From Candidatus Eiseniibacteriota bacterium (lineage in GTDB: Bacteria > Orphanbacterota > Orphanbacteria > Orphanbacterales > Orphanbacteraceae), in NCBI GenBank assembly GCA_043809585.1, contig JBDROZ010000111.1:1-50319 (forward strand): a stretch of DNA of 50,319 nucleotides, given 5' to 3'. A program made the position numbers and the translations under genes. This document shows positions 39,997 to 50,319 of the stretch, piece after piece. Positions within the stretch are counted from its first letter, which is position 1, and every line of letters begins with the position of its first letter. The notes beneath the pieces are model-generated. The model saw only the letters and a list, made by a program, of their open reading frames with translations. It had not been told where the DNA came from and searched no databases.

Positions 39997-40727
39997 GTGA
40001 GGGCCGCAGACGGACGATCATCGTCATCCCCACGTACAACGAGAAGGAGAACATCGGGCGGATCGTTCCCGAGATTCTCGGCATCTCCGAAACCCTCGAA
40101 GTGCTGGTGGTCGACGACAACTCGCCCGACGGCACCGCGGCCGTGGTGCGGGCCCTGCGGGAGAAGAACCCCCGGATTCACATGCTCGAGCGGCCGAGGA
40201 AGATGGGCCTCGGCAGCGCCTACGTGCAGGGGTTCCGGAAGGCGATCGATCTCGGCGCCGACTACGTGATGGAGATGGACGCCGACTTCTCCCACGATCC
40301 GAAATACCTTCCCGACTTTCTCCGCCTCATCGACGCGGCGGACGTGGTGATCGGTTCCCGCTACCTAAACGGCGTGAACGTGATCAACTGGCCCATTTCC
40401 CGGCTCATCCTCTCGTACGGCGCCAACCTCTACACCCGGATCATCACGGGAATGCCGATCCTGGACGCCACGGGGGGCTTCAAGTGCTTTCGCCGGGAGA
40501 CCCTCGAGGCGATCGAATTCGAAACGGCCCGGTCCGACGGGTACTCGTTTCAGATCGAGCTGAACTACCGCTGCTGGAAGAAGGGCTTCCGGATCCGGGA
40601 GATCCCCATCGTCTTCGTCGACCGCCACTCGGGATCGTCGAAGATGTCGAAGCGAATCATCTGGGAGGCGGTCTGGATGGTCTGGCGACTCCGCTTCGGC
40701 GGCCTCTTCGGGGGAGGGCGGTCGTGA
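39993..40727 (+). CDS. Polyprenol monophosphomannose synthase (Ppm1/DPM1-like GT2)
   Basis: IPTYNEKEN, VDDNSPDGT, KMGLGSAY, EMDADFSHDP, DATGGFKCF, GYSFQIE. Confidence 0.9.
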   Translation: MSEGRRRTIIVIPTYNEKENIGRIVPEILGISETLEVLVVDDNSPDGTAAVVRALREKNPRIHMLERPRKMGLGSAYVQGFRKAIDLGADYVMEMDADFSHDPKYLPDFLRLIDAADVVIGSRYLNGVNVINWPISRLILSYGANLYTRIITGMPILDATGGFKCFRRETLEAIEFETARSDGYSFQIELNYRCWKKGFRIREIPIVFVDRHSGSSKMSKRIIWEAVWMVWRLRFGGLFGGGRS

Positions 40728-42898
40728 ACGAAGGGCCCGGCGACGGGGGAGTGAATCCGCGCCTCTCCATCGTGGTCGTCAACTACAACACGAAGGACCA
40801 TGTCCTCGAGCTCCTCCGCTCCCTCGAAGAACATCCCTCTCTCCACGAGGCGGAAGCCATCATCGTGGACAACGCCTCCTCCGACGACAGTGTGGAGGAG
40901 ATCGGCCGCCACTTCCCGGATGCGAAGATCGTCCGGAACGAAACGAATCTCGGCTATTCGAAGGGGGTCAACCGGGGGATCCGGGAGGCGAAGGGGGAGT
41001 TCTTCCTCGTTCTCAATCCGGACATCCGACTGCGGGACGGAAGCCTCGACCGGCTCGTCGAGTACGCCTTGGAGAACCCGGACGTGGGAATGGCCGGGTC
41101 GAAGCTGCTCAATCCGGACGGGTCCCTTCAGTACTCGAGCCGCGCCTTCTACACGTGGAGGACACTCCTCTGGCGGCGCACGCCGATCGGCAGGCTCTTC
41201 CCCGACTCCCCGGTGATCCGTGAACACCTGATGCTCGACTGGGACCACAACAGCACGCGGGACGTGGACTGGATGCTCGGCGCCTGCCTCCTCGTCCGCC
41301 GGGACGCGGTGGAAGACGTGGGCCTCATGGACGAGCGGTTCTTCCTCTACTTCGAGGACGTGGACTGGTGCTACCGAATGAAGGCCCACGGCTGGCGCGT
41401 GGTCTACGTGGCCGATTCGGTCATGGAGCATCGCCACCGGCGGGGCTCCGCCCGGCCGTTCAGCCGCCAGAAGGCGTTCCACCTCTCCAGCATGTTCCAC
41501 TTCTTCGAGAAGTGGAGCCGTTCCCTCTACCGGTGGAAAACCCGCCGCCACTTCGCGAGGCTCGGTTTCGCGCTCCTCGCGGATCTGGCCGCGGTGAACG
41601 CCGCCTTTCTCCTCGCCTACGCCCTCCGGGTCCTTCTCGGCGCCATCTTCACGAAGCCGGTCTTCCCCCTCTCCACGTACGGGAACTTCCTTCTCTTCGT
41701 GAACCTGACGACCCTGCTCGCCCTTCTCGGCACCGGCTTCTACCGGGAATCGGACCGCCCCCGGGGGGCCGCCCTTTTCGTCGACCGGTTCCTTCGGGGG
41801 GCGCGGGGCGCCACGGTGGTCTATCTCATCGTCATGGCCGCGACCTTCCTCACTCAGTCACGGCTCTACTCGCGTGTCCTGGTGACGATCTTCGTCGCCC
41901 TCCTGGTGGCGATCCTCCCCGTCGGGCGCCTCACCCTCCACGCTCTCTACGGGCGCTTCCGCCGCGGCGCCTACGACCTCCGGCGGGCCGTCGTGATCGG
42001 ATCGAACGACCTCGCCCGGGGGCTCGCCGACCAGCTCCGCACGTTTCCCGATCTCGGCTTCGACCTGGTCGGGTTCGTGACCGAGCCGGGCGACGCCTTC
42101 ATCGGAAGGGGTTGGCTCGGCACGACCGACGACCTTCCCCGTCTCGTGCGGCGCCACCGGGTGACGGACGTCTTTTGCGCGGGAAACCGGGACCCCATCG
42201 AACTGGTCTCGCGCCTCCTTCTCCGGCTCGCCGACGCGCCGGTCACGGTGCGGGTCGTCTCCGATCTGTCGGCGATCACCGTCGCCCGAGGGGAAGCGGA
42301 GGAGTTCCTCAACCTGCCGATGCTCCGGTTCGAGAGGCGCATCCTCCTCCGCTACCGGGCAGGAAGAAAGAGGGCCTTCGATCTCCTGCTCGCCCTTTCG
42401 GCGGCGCTCTTGACGGCCCCCCTCTTTCTCTTCCTCGCCGCGACCGGGCTCGTTTCCGGCGCGCGCCCCCTCCTCGCCTCCGAGATGCGACCCCACTTCC
42501 GGGGGGAGCGAAGGCGCCTCCGGACCCTCCGGGTCCCCCGGGAAGGGGAAGGGGGAGGGGGAGGGGCCTTCCTCCGGCGCGTCTACGGCCGCATGCCGGC
42601 CCTCACCCTGATTCCCGCCCTCGGGCAGGTGGCGGCGGGCAAGTTCTCGTTCGTCGGGCCCTATCCCGAGGAGCCGGAGAGAGGTCGATTCCTCGACGAG
42701 TGGCAGCGCCTCCTCGTCACGTTGCGGCCCGGGCTTTGGAACGTATCCGCCGTCGCCGGGTACCCATGGGTTCCCTTCCGTGACCCCGTCGGCCTGAACC
42801 TGTATTATCTGCAGTGCTGGTCGGCCGGATTGGACCTTCACATCGTGCTTCGGGAGTTGCTCCGCCGGTCCGGGGCGGGAGGGGAGACGAGACCATGA
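40724..42898 (+). CDS. Fusion: WbbL-like GT2 + WcaJ/WbaP-type membrane and Rossmann domains + degenerate phosphoglycosyltransferase domain
   Basis: N-term VVVNYN, VDNASSD, VLNPD, DERFFLYFEDVDWC; about 4 TMs; AVVIGS; KRAFD...FSFVGPYP...RPGL...YYLQCWSAGLDLHI. Confidence 0.8.
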   Translation: MNEGPGDGGVNPRLSIVVVNYNTKDHVLELLRSLEEHPSLHEAEAIIVDNASSDDSVEEIGRHFPDAKIVRNETNLGYSKGVNRGIREAKGEFFLVLNPDIRLRDGSLDRLVEYALENPDVGMAGSKLLNPDGSLQYSSRAFYTWRTLLWRRTPIGRLFPDSPVIREHLMLDWDHNSTRDVDWMLGACLLVRRDAVEDVGLMDERFFLYFEDVDWCYRMKAHGWRVVYVADSVMEHRHRRGSARPFSRQKAFHLSSMFHFFEKWSRSLYRWKTRRHFARLGFALLADLAAVNAAFLLAYALRVLLGAIFTKPVFPLSTYGNFLLFVNLTTLLALLGTGFYRESDRPRGAALFVDRFLRGARGATVVYLIVMAATFLTQSRLYSRVLVTIFVALLVAILPVGRLTLHALYGRFRRGAYDLRRAVVIGSNDLARGLADQLRTFPDLGFDLVGFVTEPGDAFIGRGWLGTTDDLPRLVRRHRVTDVFCAGNRDPIELVSRLLLRLADAPVTVRVVSDLSAITVARGEAEEFLNLPMLRFERRILLRYRAGRKRAFDLLLALSAALLTAPLFLFLAATGLVSGARPLLASEMRPHFRGERRRLRTLRVPREGEGGGGGAFLRRVYGRMPALTLIPALGQVAAGKFSFVGPYPEEPERGRFLDEWQRLLVTLRPGLWNVSAVAGYPWVPFRDPVGLNLYYLQCWSAGLDLHIVLRELLRRSGAGGETRP

Positions 42899-45258
42899 GA
42901 CGTTGGAGGGGCTTCATCCCGGCGCTGCTGATCCTCGCCCTCGCCCTCCCGGCGGGCGCCGAGGACGTCTGGGAGGCCCACGTCACCCAGAAGAACGGCC
43001 GCGCCGTCGCCCGGGAGGGGGACACGGTCTTCCTCGCCTCCGGGGGGGGCGTCCTCGTTCACGACGTAAGAACCGAGAGGGACACCCTCCTCCTCCCCGT
43101 TCACGGCCTGGCGAGCGTGGACGTCACGTCCGTCGCCGTCGACGGAAGCGGAAACAAGTGGTTCGCCCACGGCGATCCGGAACTCGGCATCTCGGTTCTC
43201 TCCGCCGACGGAGAATGGTCCCTGGTCTCCTCCTTCGAGGGTCTCCAGCTCGGCACGGGGAAGAGGGTGAACACCGTTTACGCCCTCGGCGACTCGGTCT
43301 GGGTCGGCACCGAGAGCGGCGCCACGCTGTTCATCGACCGGCATCGGGAGTTCATCGTCTCCCAGGAGAAGGAAGGGATCGTTTCGGACAACATCAACGC
43401 CATCGTCTCGGTGGAAGGCAAGGTCTGGTTCGCCACCGATCAAGGCCTCTCCCGGTTCAGCCGCGCCGCGGTCCGAAACTACACCGTCGAGTCCGACGCG
43501 CTCCCCTCGCCCGAAGTGCTTTGCCTCGCGGCGGACCGGCGGGGGCGGATCTGGGCGGGAACGGGAATCGGCTTCTTCGTGGTCGAGGAGAACGAGGTCA
43601 CGGTTCCCGCCGGCCTCGAGATCCTCCAGAACCGGCGGATCCGTTCGATCGCCTTCGAGGACTCGGCCGGCGTCGACGTCCCCTGGTTCGCGACCAGCGA
43701 CGGGCCCTACCGCCGAAGCGTGCGCCGGGTCGCGCGGGACACCGGCGGTTCGATCATCGAACCCGAGGAGGTGACCCAGGTCTACGTGGACCTCACGGGC
43801 AACATCTGGGTCTCGAGCAATGTTCGGTCCCTCTTCCGGTGGGTCCCCTCGGTCGTCGCGTGGCACGAGTACTACAGGACGAACACGATTCAGGAGAATT
43901 TCATCGCCGACATCGCCTTGGACGAGAAGGGCATCGCCTGGTGCCCCATGGTCGGCAATCGGGAGCTCGTCCAGTCCCCCGGCCGCCGGTTCACGGCCTA
44001 CAACGGCCTCTCGTGGACCACTGTAACCGCGAGCGTGCTCGGGTCGGATTACGCCCTGATCACCTCCGTCGCCATCGACAGCTCCGGCCACCGCTGGTTC
44101 GGCGTCGCCAGGGCCGCCGCCGGGGCTCGGACACTGATCAAGATCGACCAGGCGTCGGGAAGCGCGGTCTCCGCGGCGAGCGTCACGATCTTCGAGATCC
44201 GGGCCGCCAATTTCGCCGAGAACCAGAGAGCCGTGTTCAATGTGGAAGTGGCACCGGACAACTCGAAATGGGTGGCGGTGACGAAGGAGGGATTCGCCGC
44301 CCTCGGACCCCTGGAGAACGAGGACGACTGGGCCGGCTTCTCGAGCGAGAGCCGATGCCTCTCCTCGGAGGGAACAGGTCCGACCGCCACGGACCTCACC
44401 TTCGGCGCCGACGGGCGGGTGTGGGGCGCCTTCGAGCGAAACCGGGCGGTCGTGATCGACTACAAAGGGACCCTGACCGACCGGAGCGACGACGAGTGCA
44501 CAGTACTGACCGAGAGCAACTCGGAGATCCCCTCCAACGCCCTCTACACGGTGCGCGCCGATCCGCGGGGGAGAATTTGGTTCGGCACCCAGGGCGGCCT
44601 CTCCATGTACGATCCCTCGTCGGACTCGTGGAACGTGTACACCTCCGCCGCGTCCGCCGGGGGCCTCCGGGACAACCGGTGCCGCGCCATCGCCTTCGAC
44701 GGCCGGGGAAACACGTGGATCGGGACCTTCGGCGGCGGCCTGTCGGTCCTCCTCCCCGACGGGGAGACCTGGCTCGAGCCGTGGACCGTCGCGGACAACC
44801 AGCGTCGGGGGAGCGGAATTACCAGCGACCAGATCATGTCCCTCTTCATCCGAACGAACCCGGAGACGGAGGAGGAAGAGGTTTGGATCGCCACCTGGGG
44901 AGGGGGAGTCATCCGCCTCGTCGTGGATTGGACGGCGGTCGATCCGGAGACGCCGGGGGGCGCCGGCGAGCGGCCGCCCGTCGTCGCCTATCCCAACCCG
45001 TATCGGGAGGGTGAATACGCATCGAGCGTCGAAGGGGTGTATTTCCTGTACGTTCCGGATCGGGCGACGATCGAGATCTACACACTCACGGGCGAGTTCG
45101 TGAAATCCGTGGACGGGCCGATAAGCGGGACGGACCCCAGATACCTGTGGGATCTGAAGAACGAGAACCGCGTCCCTATCGCCTCCGGCGTCTACCTGTT
45201 TCTGGTGAAGGAGAACGGCGACGTGATGGACCGGGGCAAGATCGCCTACCTCCGGTAG
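42895..45258 (+). CDS. PorZ-like beta-propeller protein with T9SS/FlgD-type C-terminal domain
   Basis: Signal peptide, repeated D-x-x-G-x-x-W propeller blades, C-terminal AYPNPY...IYTLTGE...WDLKN...ASGVYLF...GKIAYLR. Confidence 0.75.
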   Translation: MRRWRGFIPALLILALALPAGAEDVWEAHVTQKNGRAVAREGDTVFLASGGGVLVHDVRTERDTLLLPVHGLASVDVTSVAVDGSGNKWFAHGDPELGISVLSADGEWSLVSSFEGLQLGTGKRVNTVYALGDSVWVGTESGATLFIDRHREFIVSQEKEGIVSDNINAIVSVEGKVWFATDQGLSRFSRAAVRNYTVESDALPSPEVLCLAADRRGRIWAGTGIGFFVVEENEVTVPAGLEILQNRRIRSIAFEDSAGVDVPWFATSDGPYRRSVRRVARDTGGSIIEPEEVTQVYVDLTGNIWVSSNVRSLFRWVPSVVAWHEYYRTNTIQENFIADIALDEKGIAWCPMVGNRELVQSPGRRFTAYNGLSWTTVTASVLGSDYALITSVAIDSSGHRWFGVARAAAGARTLIKIDQASGSAVSAASVTIFEIRAANFAENQRAVFNVEVAPDNSKWVAVTKEGFAALGPLENEDDWAGFSSESRCLSSEGTGPTATDLTFGADGRVWGAFERNRAVVIDYKGTLTDRSDDECTVLTESNSEIPSNALYTVRADPRGRIWFGTQGGLSMYDPSSDSWNVYTSAASAGGLRDNRCRAIAFDGRGNTWIGTFGGGLSVLLPDGETWLEPWTVADNQRRGSGITSDQIMSLFIRTNPETEEEEVWIATWGGGVIRLVVDWTAVDPETPGGAGERPPVVAYPNPYREGEYASSVEGVYFLYVPDRATIEIYTLTGEFVKSVDGPISGTDPRYLWDLKNENRVPIASGVYLFLVKENGDVMDRGKIAYLR

Positions 45259-45275
45259 GGCGGAGGCCGTTTTCC

Positions 45276-45740
45276 ATGATTCGACTTCTCGGGCCTCTCC
45301 AGCGAATCCGCGAGCGTTGGCCTTGGGCGCGCCAGTTCGTGAAGTTCTGCATCGTCGGCCTCACCGGCCTCGCCGTGGACACGGCGGTTTTCGCCCTCTT
45401 CACGGAGGCCATTGGTCTCGATCCCCGGCTCGCCGCGATCCCCGCCTTCGCCGTGGCCGTCACCTGGACCTACGCGATGAACCGTCACTGGACCTTCCGC
45501 GCCGCCGGCCGGGCGGGCGCGGGCGTCTCCTACTTCACCTTCGTCGGCGTCTGTCTCGGAGGCCTCGCCCTCCGTCTCCTCACGATGCACCTCCTCATGG
45601 AGTACGCGGGACTCGCCTCGGGGCGCCGTTACTACCTCGCGAATCTCGGGGGCATCTTCGTCGCCACCTTCTCCAATTTCCTCGGAAGCAAGTTTCTCGC
45701 ATTCCGCCGTCCGGCGAAGATCCCCGCCCCGCGCGCCTGA
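45276..45740 (+). CDS. GtrA-family membrane protein (lipid-linked sugar flippase candidate)
   Basis: QFVKFCIVG, NRHWTF, about 4 TMs, NFLGSKFLAF. Confidence 0.88.
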   Translation: MIRLLGPLQRIRERWPWARQFVKFCIVGLTGLAVDTAVFALFTEAIGLDPRLAAIPAFAVAVTWTYAMNRHWTFRAAGRAGAGVSYFTFVGVCLGGLALRLLTMHLLMEYAGLASGRRYYLANLGGIFVATFSNFLGSKFLAFRRPAKIPAPRA

Positions 45741-45907
45741 CCCGCTGCACCCCGCCGTACCCCGATCGCAGATCGCGATGAGGACCCGCATCTCGCACCG
45801 CTTTTTCCTCCCCACCCCGCTCCCGGGATCATCGAAGGACGCCGAGAATCCGCCCCTTTTCGATCGAACCGGCTCTCCTGTCCCTTGTCGGGGAAATGAG
45901 CAGCGGG

Positions 45908-45923
45908 CGGTACAAAGATTGCT
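45908..45923 (+). promoter_or_regulatory. Putative sigma54 (-24/-12) promoter
   Basis: cGGtacaaagattGCt: GG(45909-45910)-10 bp-GC(45921-45922) with TTGC, about 45 bp before the activator start. Confidence 0.6.
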
Positions 45924-45966
45924 CATTCCTGGTTCCGGCGGATTGGTTTCCGAGGGGGTGTGCCTC

Positions 45967-47409
<1,443 letters not shown>

Positions 47410-47477
47410 GGGCAGGGTCCTTCCGGGCTTAGAGCCGGAGGTCACGGAACGACAATGAGATACGCCCTCCTCCGGTC

Positions 47478-47507
47478 TTGACACCCCGTTGACGGCGGTG
47501 CTACTTT
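47478..47507 (+). promoter_or_regulatory. Putative sigma70 promoter of the wza/wzc-like operon
   Basis: TTGACA(47478-47483)-18 bp-TACTTT(47502-47507) with extended TG at 47499-47500. Confidence 0.55.
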
Positions 47508-47560
47508 GAGGCGTGATGGCGGTTTCCGGGCGGTCCGGACCGCCCGGAAAAGGACACGCC

Positions 47561-48532
47561 ATGACAACTTTCAGGAAATCGCTCCTTCTCCTGGCCCCCC
47601 TCGCGCTCCTCATGTCGGGGGACGCGCGGGCCCAGGAGGCAAGGGAAACCGTCTACCGCATCGGCGTGGGGGACCGGCTCCGCGTATCGGTGTGGCAGGA
47701 GCCCACCCTGGACCGAGAGGTGGAGGTGGGCATCGACAGCACGATCGTCCTCCCCCTGGTCGGCCCGATCCGGGCGGGCGGGTACACGCCGGCCGAACTC
47801 TCCCGTATCCTCACCGACCGGTACTCCCTCTACAAGCGGGACATCTCCCAGGTCGAGGTGGTGGTGGTCGAGTACAACAGCCGGGAGATCTTCGTGATCG
47901 GCGAGATCTCGGTTCCCGGCCGCTACACGTTTCAGGAGATCCCCGATCTCTGGAACGTGATCATGACGGCGGGGGGACCGGGGACGGCGGCGTACCTGAG
48001 CGAGGTGAGGATCCTCCGGGGAGAGGGGGAGACGAGGCGATCGATCCCCGTCGACCTGAACGCCTACCTGCTCGGCGGCGACCGGGGGGCGCTCCCCCGA
48101 CTCCAACCGGGGGACACGGTCTACATTCCCCGGACGAACGTCTTGGGGGTCGACGCCTTCGCCGACAAGGTGGTCTACGTGTACGGCGAGGTCGCCCGCC
48201 CCGGTATGTACATGGTCGGAAGCCGGGAAGACCTGGTCGGCGCCCTTCTCCTGGCGGGGGGGCTGACGCCGGACGGCGACCAGAAGAGAATTCGTCTCGT
48301 GCGGAAGGACGGCGGGCGCCGGGTGGTCCGCGAACTCGACCTCGAGGATTTTCTCCGGCGCGGGGACGAGCGCTCGAACCCGCCGCTCAAGGGGGGGGAC
48401 ACGATCGAGATCGGCGCCTCCCGGGGGACCTCTTTCCGGAGGATCTGGGAACAGTACAGCCCCACGCTGACCATCTTGACGACGACCTTTACGGCGGCTC
48501 TGGTCTACGACCGCCTGGCGAACAATAGGTAG
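47561..48532 (+). CDS. Polysaccharide export protein (Wza/OPX family, SLBB domains)
   Basis: YRIGVGDRLRVSVW, LPLVGPIRAGG, two SLBB repeats (VIGEISVPG, VYGEVARPG). Confidence 0.88.
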   Translation: MTTFRKSLLLLAPLALLMSGDARAQEARETVYRIGVGDRLRVSVWQEPTLDREVEVGIDSTIVLPLVGPIRAGGYTPAELSRILTDRYSLYKRDISQVEVVVVEYNSREIFVIGEISVPGRYTFQEIPDLWNVIMTAGGPGTAAYLSEVRILRGEGETRRSIPVDLNAYLLGGDRGALPRLQPGDTVYIPRTNVLGVDAFADKVVYVYGEVARPGMYMVGSREDLVGALLLAGGLTPDGDQKRIRLVRKDGGRRVVRELDLEDFLRRGDERSNPPLKGGDTIEIGASRGTSFRRIWEQYSPTLTILTTTFTAALVYDRLANNR

Positions 48533-48559
48533 AGGGGACGCCCGGAGCGGACGGAACCG

Positions 48560-50245
48560 ATGGAAGAGACCCGCAAATCCCTCGACCCGAGGATGCTCGG
48601 CGAGATCATCGCCAAGCGGAAGTGGCATCTGCTTCTTCCCCTCGTGGTGGCCGCCGGGGCGTCGGTCTTCCTCGTCGAACGGCTCCCGAATGTCTACCGG
48701 GTCGAGTCGACCATCCTCTTCGAGGACCGGGCCCTCCTCTCCCGGGAGGTGGAAGGGCACCTCCTCCCCGGCACGCGCTCCGATCGGGGCCGCCGGGAGG
48801 ACCGGATGGACGAGGCGAATCTCCTCCGGATGAAAGTGCTCGCCCCGAACTTCCTCGGCGCCCTCGCGGAGGAGATGGGCTTCTTGGAGGATCCGGAGCG
48901 GCTCGAGGCGGCGAGGGAGAAGAAACGGACCACCGGGGATCCGAAGAGCGCGGAAGAGATCATGCGCCAGGACGTCACGTCCTGGATCACCCACATGCTC
49001 GAGATCAACCTCTCCGGCCCCGACGTCTACCAGCTCACGATCGAGGGGCGGAACCGGAGGCTCCTCTACGATCTCTCGAACCGGATCAACACGAAACTCA
49101 TCGAGCTGGTGCAGACCGAGCAGATCGGGCGCCTCCAGGCGGCGTCGGAGTTCACGGACGAGCAGATCGCCGTATACAAAGAGAAGGTCGACGACGCCAA
49201 GAGGGAACTCCAGCGATTCCTCGACCGCCAACCGGTCGCCTCGGGAGGGGGCGCGCCTCTCCGGGTCGACCCGGGGACCGCGTCCCGGCTCGCCGAGGAG
49301 ACGGAGTACGAGATCCTCCGGATCCGGGAGAGACTCGACGAGACGGCATCGACCCTGGCCCAGAGTTACGGATTCGACCTGGACGATTTCGCGTCCCGGG
49401 CCGCTCCGGCCACCTCCCTTCTCGAGGAACGCCTCCGCTCTCTGGAGCGCCAGCTCGGCTATCTTCTTCTCGAGCGGGACTGGAGCGATCCGACGGTGAT
49501 CGCCCACAACAAGCGGATCGGGGAGACCCGGGCGGAGATCGAGGAGGGCCTCCGGCGCTTCGCGCGATCCTCCCTCGCCGACGGGTCCGGCCGGCTCCAA
49601 GACCTGGCGGCCGAAGGAGCGCGGGACCGGTCGTACATCGCCGCCCTCGAAGTGCGTAGGGGAACGCTTTCCCGGCAGGCCGTTCCGACCCCGTCCGGCA
49701 CGAGCCCCTCCACCCTCGCCCGCAGGGACCAGGAGCTCGAATTCCTCGAGGAGCAGGTCCGGATCAACGAGGAAATCTATCGCTCCTTCGTCCGCCAGGC
49801 GACCTCGACCCGGATCTCGGAGGCCGTGGAGTCGGACCAGCTGAGCCGGACGCTGCAGGTCATCCAACCTCCTCAATGGCCGCGGAACCCCGTCCGGCCG
49901 AACAAACCCCAGATGTACGCCCTCGCGGGGGTGCTCGGCCTCGCCCTCGGCGTGGCGCTTCTCATGGTGGGCGAGTACATCGACACGACCGTGAAGGACG
50001 TGCACGAGGCGGAGGAGCTCGTGGGGGCGCCGATCCTCGGTACGATTCCCTTGATCGAATACGAATACCGGGAGGAGAGAAAGGCGAGGTCTTTCAGGAG
50101 GGGCCTTCTCTACACGATCCTCGGCGGGATCATTCTCGGGGCGATCATCGGCTGGTTCCTCTACCGGGGGGGCGCCGACGCCGCGCCGGACGAGAACGGG
50201 ACCGGAGCGGTCTCCGCGACCGCGCGGCCGGGGGACGCGGGATGA
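48560..50245 (+). CDS. Polysaccharide co-polymerase / chain-length determinant (Wzc N-terminal, GumC-like)
   Basis: N-terminal TM then LPNVY, long coiled coil, proline-rich PPQWPRNPVRPNK, TM, EYIDTTVK, PILGTIP. Confidence 0.85.
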   Translation: MEETRKSLDPRMLGEIIAKRKWHLLLPLVVAAGASVFLVERLPNVYRVESTILFEDRALLSREVEGHLLPGTRSDRGRREDRMDEANLLRMKVLAPNFLGALAEEMGFLEDPERLEAAREKKRTTGDPKSAEEIMRQDVTSWITHMLEINLSGPDVYQLTIEGRNRRLLYDLSNRINTKLIELVQTEQIGRLQAASEFTDEQIAVYKEKVDDAKRELQRFLDRQPVASGGGAPLRVDPGTASRLAEETEYEILRIRERLDETASTLAQSYGFDLDDFASRAAPATSLLEERLRSLERQLGYLLLERDWSDPTVIAHNKRIGETRAEIEEGLRRFARSSLADGSGRLQDLAAEGARDRSYIAALEVRRGTLSRQAVPTPSGTSPSTLARRDQELEFLEEQVRINEEIYRSFVRQATSTRISEAVESDQLSRTLQVIQPPQWPRNPVRPNKPQMYALAGVLGLALGVALLMVGEYIDTTVKDVHEAEELVGAPILGTIPLIEYEYREERKARSFRRGLLYTILGGIILGAIIGWFLYRGGADAAPDENGTGAVSATARPGDAG

Positions 50246-50319
50246 CCATGGGCGAGATCTCCATGAACGGGTGCAAGCTCCTCAGGAACTACGATCCCGA
50301 GATGCCGTCGGCGATCGAA
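50242..50319 (+). CDS. Start of a probable CpsD/CapB-family tyrosine kinase (truncated by window end)
   Basis: ATGA overlap with the upstream stop; YDPEMPSAIE resembles the DP-x-S-P-x-x-E start of CpsD; supported mainly by context. Confidence 0.45.
   Translation, partial: MTMGEISMNGCKLLRNYDPEMPSAIE

Overview
This is a GC-rich bacterial chromosomal segment with almost all genes on the + strand. Gene order and a T9SS-type C-terminal sorting domain suggest an FCB-superphylum lineage (inference). Layout: (1) a truncated palindromic MITE-like element at the left edge; (2) housekeeping genes rplM-rpsI-rpsB-tsf-pyrH-frr-uppS-cdsA-dxr-rseP; (3) a small antisense lipoprotein gene, a TamA/TamB-like pair and pcrA/uvrD; (4) an FMN riboswitch controlling ribD-ribE-ribBA-ribH-nusB; (5) a ~25 kb, largely translationally coupled surface-glycosylation cluster; (6) a sigma54 activator with an atypical receiver domain behind its own sigma54-type promoter; (7) the start of a wza/wzc-type polysaccharide export operon. 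The cluster in (5) is the best candidate for an undescribed system. It holds five GT-C-fold membrane glycosyltransferases (including a TMEM260/DUF2723-TPR protein), three polyprenol-phosphate-sugar synthase-like GT2s, flippase candidates, a GT2 fused to an apparently inactive phosphoglycosyltransferase, and a PorZ-like propeller protein. Several +1 homopolymer frameshifts (tamB, ribD twice, wecB) look like sequencing errors. I saw no tRNA, rRNA, CRISPR array or transposase. All family calls come from motif recognition, not database searches.
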